DNA of 41,223 nucleotides from Solirubrobacterales bacterium (GTDB lineage Bacteria; Actinomycetota; Thermoleophilia; Solirubrobacterales; 70-9): NCBI GenBank assembly GCA_035462545.1, contig DATHUE010000191.1, positions 1 to 41,223 of the forward strand, read 5' to 3'. Shown piece by piece: positions 19,112 to 25,579 of this stretch (position 1 is its first letter; each line of letters starts with the position of its first letter). The notes under the pieces were generated by a model. It saw only the letters and a program-made list of their open reading frames with translations, ran no database searches and was not told where the DNA came from. The position numbers and the translations under genes were made by a program.

Positions 19112-19909
19112 TCAGTAGCGATAGCGGACTTTGAACAGCGGGTCGACCTGCCAAAACCAGCCGATCACCCGGCGTCCCGCGATGTCGTGTTCCACCTTTT
19201 CGATTGCACTGCCTTCATCGTTGGGATTCTGGAGTCCGACAGCGCTCTCGACGGCCGTAGCTCGAGGCAGGATGCTCAGGAGGCTGATGGAGCCGCCGCC
19301 TTGGATGACAAATGACGGCAAGGGGCCGATGACCTGGAATTCGAACGCCCCGTCTTCGGCTTTCGGCGCCGCAATCTCGTAGAACAGTCTGAGGTTTCGC
19401 TGTCCCGGCTTCACACGAACCACCGCTGAGGAGAGCCCCGCTGCGCAACGATCGATTTGAGTCGCGACTTTGTTCTGCTCGGCTTTGCCCGTGCCGTCCG
19501 CGAGAGCTTCGAGCCGCTCGATCAGCTCCTGGTCGTTGAGAGAGCGGTCGATCGGGTCGAATTTGAAGACGACCCCGTCTTTGACGTGCTCATCGGTGTA
19601 GCGGACGATCGGCTGCTGCTGCGCTTCGCTGGCCATCGGCAGCAGGAGGGTCGCCTCCTCGGCGCTGTCCATGTCGGCGGCCAGGGTGAGGTTGCTGCTC
19701 ACCATCACCTGGTCGCGCTCGTGGCTGCCATCTCCCTTGGAGATGACCTCGATGACGGTATCGATCTTGGTGATGGGAACGTTGACGACATCTTTGAAGG
19801 CCATGTCGGGGATCCCTCTTTCGAGTAGTTCGCGGACTGTGCGCGAACTTTCGCCGATGGCTCGGACAGAAAAGCTGTCACTTTGTCTGACACCTTGTGA
19901 AGCCGTCAT
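19112..19909 (-). CDS. Orphan soluble protein of unknown function (265 aa, or 230 aa from ATG 19804)
   Basis: This is the only long ORF on either strand here. An internal ATG at 19804 (MAFKDVVNVPITK) has a GAGGGA motif 8 nt upstream. The product is beta-strand-rich, with no TM segment, signal peptide or recognisable catalytic motif. The C-terminus is aromatic (GWFWQVDPLFKVRYRY). Confidence 0.6.
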   Translation of the reverse strand: MTASQGVRQSDSFSVRAIGESSRTVRELLERGIPDMAFKDVVNVPITKIDTVIEVISKGDGSHERDQVMVSSNLTLAADMDSAEEATLLLPMASEAQQQPIVRYTDEHVKDGVVFKFDPIDRSLNDQELIERLEALADGTGKAEQNKVATQIDRCAAGLSSAVVRVKPGQRNLRLFYEIAAPKAEDGAFEFQVIGPLPSFVIQGGGSISLLSILPRATAVESAVGLQNPNDEGSAIEKVEHDIAGRRVIGWFWQVDPLFKVRYRY

Positions 19910-19965
19910 GTCGCGGGATTAACGTCGGACCTGTCAAGTCGATCCACAACCACGACGGAGGGGCA

Positions 19966-20178
19966 ATGGGCAGAGTCGAGGTTTCCAACGACGAGCTTCG
20001 GACTATTCGGGATGCAACGCGCGAGCTGGGAAAGCTCGTCGAGTGCCTGGAGAGCGGAGACGCAGAGAAGTTCGTCCTCACCAAGCACGGCCAGATGCGA
20101 GCCGTAGTTGTGTCCCTCGACTCCTATACGGAGATGCGTCCCGAAACCGGAGTCCACGACCTTCCCAGGGCCGCTTGA
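19966..20178 (+). CDS. Phd/YefM-like antitoxin-fold protein (70 aa)
   Basis: ATG 19966 follows GGAGGGG. The segment ELGKLVECLESGDAEKFVLTKHGQMRAVVVSLDSYTEM matches the Phd/YefM N-terminal pattern: an xxG helix, then xITRxGKPxAVLVSxxEY. Confidence 0.62.
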   Translation: MGRVEVSNDELRTIRDATRELGKLVECLESGDAEKFVLTKHGQMRAVVVSLDSYTEMRPETGVHDLPRAA

Positions 20179-20244
20179 TCGGCTGAGCGGGTCCGAGCGA
20201 GTTCCTGCGGCACCAGAGTCGACCGATCCCAAGGGCCGCGCCTC

Positions 20245-20556
20245 ATGAGCGCCTACTACCAGCGAGTCCTCGACCACGTTCTCGGGGCCCTGCTCCGGGT
20301 CGAGTTCACGACGGATGGGCGGGAGATCGCTGACTACGCCGTCGTCTTGCTGCTGGCGCTCGACGAGTCCACTGAGACGATTCGGGTCTATGACGGCGCT
20401 CATGGGCACAACGAGATGCACCGATACACGCGGAGCGATGGAAAGCAGCCAGGGGAGCCGTTTCATGCCGGTACCCTTGGAGAAGGCATGCGTGCCGCAA
20501 TCGCCGAGATCGAGCGCGGTTATGGCGAGATGATCGAAGGATGGAAGAGGCAATGA
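20245..20556 (+). CDS. Hypothetical 103 aa protein with His-rich motif VYDGAHGHNEMHRY (possible TumE/DUF6516-like fold, unverified)
   Basis: The ORF lies 66 nt after the Phd-like gene on the same strand, with AAGGG 9 nt upstream of the ATG. The RxYDxAHGxxxxHRY motif is reminiscent of the xRYDNAPHxxxxxHHKH block of TumE-type proteins. This comparison is from memory only. Confidence 0.5.
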   Translation: MSAYYQRVLDHVLGALLRVEFTTDGREIADYAVVLLLALDESTETIRVYDGAHGHNEMHRYTRSDGKQPGEPFHAGTLGEGMRAAIAEIERGYGEMIEGWKRQ

Positions 20557-20780
20557 GCATCGACAACGGACGATCCCCCGCCGCCAAAGTGATGGATGAA
20601 GCGATCGACCTCGCGATAGAGGGCCGCTCGCCCTATCCCGAGCGGGCTGCCTTCATTGACTCTGACACCGCCTCGGCCGGCCATGAGATCAAGCGCGCGG
20701 CCGACGAAGGCCTGCCCGTCGTCTTGGTTGCCGAGGACGGCAGCACCCGGGTGCTGATGCCTGAAGCCGCGGCTCGCTGA
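20553..20780 (+). CDS. Hypothetical small acidic protein (75 aa), translationally coupled to the preceding ORF
   Basis: ATG 20553 overlaps the TGA at 20554-20556 (an ATGA junction). The C-terminal segment EGLPVVLVAEDGSTRVLMP resembles an antitoxin-type beta strand. No family was recognised. Confidence 0.42.
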   Translation: MSIDNGRSPAAKVMDEAIDLAIEGRSPYPERAAFIDSDTASAGHEIKRAADEGLPVVLVAEDGSTRVLMPEAAAR

Positions 20781-20848
20781 ACGCGGCCGCTGGGGCAAAT
20801 AGGCAGAGACGCCATGCTCCAGGTCCCTGCCGCGCGATTGCGCACTGA

Positions 20849-21442
20849 TTAATTGCGGCGGTAGACGAGGTGGGTGACGTGGGGCGTGGTGCGGCTGCTG
20901 ACCGGCGTCAGCTCGATCTCGCCGACGCCGTCGAACAGGCGCTCGCCGCCGCCGGCGACGAAGGGCGCCACGTGCAGACGCAGCTCGTCGATCAGGCCGG
21001 CAGCGAGGTACTGGTTGAGAGTGCTGGGGCCGCCGGCGATCGAGACGTTCTTGTCCCCGGCGGCGTCGCGGGCCTGCTCGAGCGCCGCCTCGATTCCCTC
21101 GGTGACGAAGTGGTAGGTCGTGCCGCCTTCCTTCTCGACGCTTGGGCGCGGGCGGTGGCCGAGCACGAAGACCGGCGCGTGGTAGACGGGGTTCGGTCCC
21201 CACCATCCCGTCCAGCCGAGGTCCCACTCGCCCCTGTCCGGCCCGAACATGTTGCGGCCCATCACGTGGGCGCCGGCGGCGGTGATCGCCTCGGCCTCGT
21301 CGGTGTTTTCGTCGCGGTGCTTGAACTGCCAGGCGTGCAGCCGCTCCTCGTCGAGGTCGCCGAACGGGTGCTCGGCGCTCTGGCCCCTCCCGGACCCGTA
21401 GCCGTCGAGGGTGATCGTCATGTCTGCGGTGACCTCGGGCAT
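20849..21442 (-). CDS. Dihydrofolate reductase-like protein (RibD C-terminal domain family)
   Basis: Matching blocks are MTITLDGY, GRNMFGP, VFVLGHRP, SIAGGPSTLNQYLAAGLIDELRLHVAPFVAGGGERLF. The start at ATG 21442 follows AGGAGG. Confidence 0.85.
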   Translation of the reverse strand: MPEVTADMTITLDGYGSGRGQSAEHPFGDLDEERLHAWQFKHRDENTDEAEAITAAGAHVMGRNMFGPDRGEWDLGWTGWWGPNPVYHAPVFVLGHRPRPSVEKEGGTTYHFVTEGIEAALEQARDAAGDKNVSIAGGPSTLNQYLAAGLIDELRLHVAPFVAGGGERLFDGVGEIELTPVSSRTTPHVTHLVYRRN

Positions 21443-21579
21443 GTCTCCTCCTGTCATCAAGCCGGTGCGACCTGGGAATGGTCCTCGACGCTACCGCGAA
21501 GAGGCGCATCATCCCCAGTGGAAATGCGATTCTGGTCGCCTACGATCGCCCACCCCGATCAGTTCCTAGACTGACGCGC

Positions 21580-22092
21580 GTGACGAGCTCAAACGCAGAC
21601 CGAATGCTGGAGGCCGCCGCGGAGCGGCGGGAGGCGCTGGCGGTGCCGGGGATGGGGCCGCAGCCGGAGAAGAAGGTGGCGGTGCTGGCCTGCATGGATA
21701 CGCGGCTCGACGTGCTGCTGCTGCTCGGGATCGAGCGGGGCGACGCGCACACGATCCGCAACGCCGGGGGCCTGGTGACCGACGACGCGCTGCGGTCATT
21801 GGCGATCTCGCAACGGCTGCTGGAAACCGAGGAGATCGTCGTCCTGATGCACGACGGGTGCGGGCTGCTGGGGGGGTCCGACGAGGACTTCGCCAGGAAG
21901 CTCGAGGCCGACGGGGCAGGGTCGGACTGGAAGCTCGGGGCCTTCGCCGACGTCGAGGAGGAGCTCGCCTCGGGCCTCGCCCGCCTACGCTCGACCCCGG
22001 CCTTGATCCACAGGGATCGCATCAGGGGCTTCGTCTTCGACCCCGAGACGGGCACGCTGCGCGAGGTCGCGCCGGCCTCGGGCGGAGCCTAG
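21580..22092 (+). CDS. Beta-class carbonic anhydrase-like protein
   Basis: The zinc-ligand blocks are KKVAVLACMDTRLD and VVLMHDGCGLLG, and IRNAGG is also present. The start was taken at GTG 21580; ATG 21604 is an alternative. Confidence 0.82.
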   Translation: MTSSNADRMLEAAAERREALAVPGMGPQPEKKVAVLACMDTRLDVLLLLGIERGDAHTIRNAGGLVTDDALRSLAISQRLLETEEIVVLMHDGCGLLGGSDEDFARKLEADGAGSDWKLGAFADVEEELASGLARLRSTPALIHRDRIRGFVFDPETGTLREVAPASGGA

Positions 22093-22102
22093 CTCCGCAC
22101 TG

Positions 22103-24382
22103 CTACGGCTTCGAGGCGGCGACCCGTACCCGCCGCGACTGCTGCAGCTGCTGCGTCTGGCCTGAGTCGGCGAGGACGATCCGCGCCCTGAAGCCGAGGC
22201 GCTTGGCGCGTTTCGCTCGCGGCGCCCGGGGGGCGCGGCGAATCTTGGCGGCAACCAGCTTGCGGCCGGCCTTGGTCAACGGGACCCGCAGCCAGGGCCG
22301 GCGGTTGGCGGGGAGGGAGTAGGCGCCCGCGGCGATCGTGCGGCGGACCCCTGCCCTCTTCCTGACGCTCGCGGTCAGCCTGCCGCTGCAGGCTCCGGCG
22401 CCACAGCGCACCCGGACCAGCAGGGCTTTGCGGGTCGCGGCGATGCGGCCGCGGGCGAGGGTGGTCCGGCCGGTCGCGGCCCTCGGCGCGGCCGAGCTGC
22501 CACCGCCGCCGCTCGAGTAGCCGGCGGCCAGCTGGTAGCCCGGCGGCAGGATCTTCGGGGCGGGCTCCTGGACGAGGCCGCCGAGCGAGCCCGGTTTCTC
22601 CCGGACCGGGAGGCGCAGCTGCAGGTTGGAGACGGTGATCGGGGCCTGGGCGTTGGAGGGCCGCGCGTAGGGGGTGTCGGTCCCGAGCAGCTCCAGCTTC
22701 GCGACGCTCCCCGGGGCGAAGCGGTAGGCCTGGGGATGGAGCTGGAAGACGAACCGGTTGCCGCCGTTGCCGGGACGCAGCAGGCCGCGCGCGACCAGGG
22801 CCTCGGTCCCGCCCGGCGAGACGTCGAGCAGGCGAGCCGCCAGTGCCGACTGCCCACCCGGAGCGTCGATGTCGGCGACGACCGTCGGCGAGCCGAGCAG
22901 GGTGAAGCCCTCGGCCGGGGTGGGGGACAGGCGGTAGGTGGCGGCGCCGGGCTGATCGGCCGCCGGCCCGGTCCCGCAGGGTCCGCCGCCGCCGGCGAAC
23001 GGGTCGAAGGCGGTGCCGAGGGCCGGGTCACCGCCGCCGGGGGCGATCGTCTGGGCGGCAGCGCCGTTGAGCCTGATCTCGCCCGGCGCCAGCTCTCGCC
23101 AGCTCGCCGCTTCGTACGGGCCTTCCGAGTCGCCGCCGCATTTCGTCGTCAGCGCGGTGGCGCCGCCCACCGGTTTCCCGCCTTCGCCCTTCAGGTAATG
23201 GTCGAACCAGGCGTCGCGGCGAGCGGTGAACAGCGCCCCGTCTGCGAGCTTGTTCTGACTGCGGGCGTGGCCGTCGTCCATCAGGAACAGCGAGATCGGG
23301 TCGCCGGGGTACTGGGTGCGGGTGCGGTTGTAGAAGCGGATCGCCTCGTCGACTGGGAACAGGTCGTCGTTCCAGCCGCTCTGGATCAGCAGCGGCGCCG
23401 GGGGCTGGCTGTGGTCGATGTAATAGGAGGAGTGGTGGGTGGTGATCTCCTCGACGATCGAGGGGACCAGCGGGTTGGTGTCGTAGGGCTCGCCGGCGTT
23501 GATCAGCGCGAACCAGGTGACGAGGTCGGCGTCCGGATCGGTCCCCGGCAGGGCGTAGTTGCTCAGCGCCTGACCGGTTCCGTAGAGCGCCGAGACGTAG
23601 GAGGCCTTCTCGATCCCGATCGGGGCTTTGCCGTCGGGACCGCGGTAAGGCGCGTCGGCGACGTAGTCGAGCGTGCGCCCGTTCGGCATCAGCGAGTAGG
23701 CGAGGTCGGACCACGGCCAGCGCGGCACCGCGACCGCCAGCGACATCGCTTTGCCGCCGGGGCTTTTCCACGGCGCCAGCGAGCCGTCGGGCAGCATCGT
23801 GCGGTCGCGCAGCGCCGCCAGCGCCATCGAGATGCCGCCGCCGTAGGACATCCCGGTGGCGCCGATCCGCTGCGGCTGCGCCACTCCTTCGTCGGCGAGG
23901 ACCCCGATCAGGTGCTGCGCGTCGCGCACCTCGTAGCGGCTGTCCATCAGGTGGTTGTAGCCGGCGGCGCAGGCGGGCAGCAGTTTTTCGGGGTCGGCAC
24001 CACCGCAGGAGTTGCCCCAGCCGCGGTCGCTCATGCTGAAGACGGCGTAGCCGTCCTCGGCCCAGGCCTGGGTCTGGCCGTCGAGCCCGATCTTCGAGCC
24101 GCCCCAGCCGTGGAAGTTGCCGATCACCGGATAGGGACCGTCGAAGACGCCGGGTTCCGGCGGCAGGATCACGTTGACGTCGACCTTGGTCCCGTCCCAG
24201 CTCGTGGTCGGGCCGGAGCAGAGGCGGACGTTGCCGTTGGCGGGCTGCGGCGCGCAGCTGACGGCGCCGCCGTAGACGTTGGGGATCGCCGCGCCGGCGC
24301 TTGGCGCGGCCGCCAGGCCGATCGCCAGCGCCGCGCTCGCGATCCCGATCCGAACCGCCAGCCCGATCCCGCTTCTCTTCAT
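22103..24382 (-). CDS. Secreted alpha/beta hydrolase, CocE/NonD (X-Pro dipeptidyl-peptidase S15)-like, with basic C-terminal extension
   Basis: A signal peptide is present (MKRSGIGLAVRIGIASAALAIGLAAAPSAGA). The nucleophile elbow is GATGMSYGG, preceded by FHGWGGSK. A long beta-sandwich-like C-terminal half follows. The tail is Arg/Lys-rich. Confidence 0.78.
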   Translation of the reverse strand: MKRSGIGLAVRIGIASAALAIGLAAAPSAGAAIPNVYGGAVSCAPQPANGNVRLCSGPTTSWDGTKVDVNVILPPEPGVFDGPYPVIGNFHGWGGSKIGLDGQTQAWAEDGYAVFSMSDRGWGNSCGGADPEKLLPACAAGYNHLMDSRYEVRDAQHLIGVLADEGVAQPQRIGATGMSYGGGISMALAALRDRTMLPDGSLAPWKSPGGKAMSLAVAVPRWPWSDLAYSLMPNGRTLDYVADAPYRGPDGKAPIGIEKASYVSALYGTGQALSNYALPGTDPDADLVTWFALINAGEPYDTNPLVPSIVEEITTHHSSYYIDHSQPPAPLLIQSGWNDDLFPVDEAIRFYNRTRTQYPGDPISLFLMDDGHARSQNKLADGALFTARRDAWFDHYLKGEGGKPVGGATALTTKCGGDSEGPYEAASWRELAPGEIRLNGAAAQTIAPGGGDPALGTAFDPFAGGGGPCGTGPAADQPGAATYRLSPTPAEGFTLLGSPTVVADIDAPGGQSALAARLLDVSPGGTEALVARGLLRPGNGGNRFVFQLHPQAYRFAPGSVAKLELLGTDTPYARPSNAQAPITVSNLQLRLPVREKPGSLGGLVQEPAPKILPPGYQLAAGYSSGGGGSSAAPRAATGRTTLARGRIAATRKALLVRVRCGAGACSGRLTASVRKRAGVRRTIAAGAYSLPANRRPWLRVPLTKAGRKLVAAKIRRAPRAPRAKRAKRLGFRARIVLADSGQTQQLQQSRRVRVAASKP

Positions 24383-24696
24383 CTCTCGATCCTCCGGGGG
24401 TTGCCCCGGTGGCCCCGGGGTTCCCAGGACGGATTCCCAGCGGGACGCCGTTTAAACGAATGGCGTAGGCGCGCCTAGCGGCCGCCGGCCGGCTCGCGAG
24501 CATTGCGGCGGGCGGCGCATCAGCCGACCCGCTGAGCTGCGAACTCAGTCACCACCCCCGGCTACGCCGCCCGCAGCCGGATGATCGCCGAGGCCCTGCG
24601 CAACGCCTTCCCCGCGTCCGAAGACCCACCGCAGCTGACCGACAGCGACGACTGCCTGGTCCAGAGCTGAGGCGCGCGGGAGCCGGCGCTCACGGC

Positions 24697-25086
24697 TCAG
24701 CGCAGGCGGCTCGCGGCCCAGAGGCCGGCGGCCGCCCCGAACCCGGCCGAAAGCATGCCGCTGATGCTGGCCCGCCGCAGCCCCGGCTCGCGCCCGGCGG
24801 CGGCGAAGGCGACCAGGTCGGCGGCATCGACGACGGCGGCGAGGGCGGTCGCGGTCCGCAGCGCCGCCGGGTTGCCGCGGACGAGCAGCGGTAGCAGCCC
24901 GAGGACGACGTCGCGGCTGCCGGCCAGGGTCGCCAGCGTCGCGGCGCTGTCGTCGGCAGGCGGGAACCCGAGCGCCCGCAAGGCCGGACGGCGCGCGGCG
25001 AGGATCCCGGCACCGAGCGCGAGCCGGCCGGCACCGATCGTCAGGGCGACTGTGCGCGCCGTCGGCTTGCCCCCGTGCGCGCTCAC
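24697..25086 (-). CDS. Small hydrophobic protein of unknown function
   Basis: This is a 129 aa Ala/Gly/Leu-rich product with 3-4 predicted helices. Its GTG start overlaps the cupin TGA (a GTGA junction at 25083-25086), which suggests co-translation with the cupin gene. Confidence 0.5.
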   Translation of the reverse strand: MSAHGGKPTARTVALTIGAGRLALGAGILAARRPALRALGFPPADDSAATLATLAGSRDVVLGLLPLLVRGNPAALRTATALAAVVDAADLVAFAAAGREPGLRRASISGMLSAGFGAAAGLWAASRLR

Positions 25087-25520
25087 TGCGCTTCGCCGCC
25101 GCCCAGCTCCGGCGGCAGCACCTTGGGGCCGTCCGGGTAGAGCTCGGCGAGGCGCTCGGGGGTCATCTCCAGGGTGTTCGCCGCTTCAGGCGGGGCGCCG
25201 ACGACGAGCCAGAGCTGGTCGGCCTCGGTGTCGTTGAACAGCTGCCGCACGGTCGGCGGCTCGATCAGCATCGTGTCGAGCGGCTCCAGGGTCAGCACCT
25301 CCTCGCCGATCCGGACCCGGCCGCGGCCCTCGAGCAGAACGTAGAGCTCCTGCTCGGAGACGTGGTGGTGCCTGGTCGAGGCCTGTCCCGGCGCCAGCCG
25401 CCACAGCCGCGCCCCCAGCTCGGTCGCCTCGAGCTGGTGCGAGAGGTTCGTGTTCTCGACCTTCATCTGGTTCGAGGGCCGCCAGAAGGCGTCGGCGGCG
25501 CGCAGCAGGCGGTAGCTCAC
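25083..25520 (-). CDS. Cupin domain protein
   Basis: The segment GQASTRHHHVSEQELYVLLEGRGRVRIGEEV...LEPLDTMLIEP is a cupin motif 1/2 arrangement. Confidence 0.8.
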   Translation of the reverse strand: MSYRLLRAADAFWRPSNQMKVENTNLSHQLEATELGARLWRLAPGQASTRHHHVSEQELYVLLEGRGRVRIGEEVLTLEPLDTMLIEPPTVRQLFNDTEADQLWLVVGAPPEAANTLEMTPERLAELYPDGPKVLPPELGGGEAQ

Positions 25521-25537
25521 CCGCCAATTATGCGACG

Positions 25538-25579
25538 GCTCACGACTTAGCGCCCCTATAGGGGCCTAAAGGCGTGAGC
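25538..25579. repeat. 42-bp imperfect palindrome (17 of 21 arm positions pair) with a perfect 14-bp core, GCCCCTATAGGGGC
   Basis: The sequence is GCTCACGACTTAGCGCCCCTA|TAGGGGCCTAAAGGCGTGAGC. It starts at the stop codon of the MFS gene (25579) and lies upstream of the cupin start (25520). It is either a terminator hairpin or an operator. Confidence 0.55.

Larger units (their letters stand above)
19084..20848. mobile_element. Putative tRNA-Arg-associated genomic islet or remnant (lower GC, four orphan/TA-like ORFs, no integrase)
   Basis: Hand counts of 60-nt lines inside the islet give 31/60, 36/60, 37/60 and 37/60 GC. Typical lines elsewhere give 40-47/60. The islet begins directly after the tRNA 3' end. 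It ends where a GC-rich RibD_C-type gene starts. Confidence 0.4.

Noticed and set aside
20824-20848. Possible att-like direct repeat of the tRNA-Arg 3' end at the right edge of the islet (TCCCTGCCGCGCG versus TCCTGTCAGGCGCG at 19070-19083)
   Set aside because: Only about 11 of 14 positions match, and only with gaps. The flanking bases do not extend the match, and such G/C-rich strings are common here. This is not enough to call an attL/attR pair without an alignment to an empty site.
24581-24670. 29-codon ORF (MIAEALRNAFPASEDPPQLTDSDDCLVQS) with coding-like GC3 in the 314 bp gap
   Set aside because: It is too short, has no SD and has no recognisable family. An upstream in-frame TGA limits it to at most 45 codons. 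It may be a gene remnant but is not supportable as a feature.
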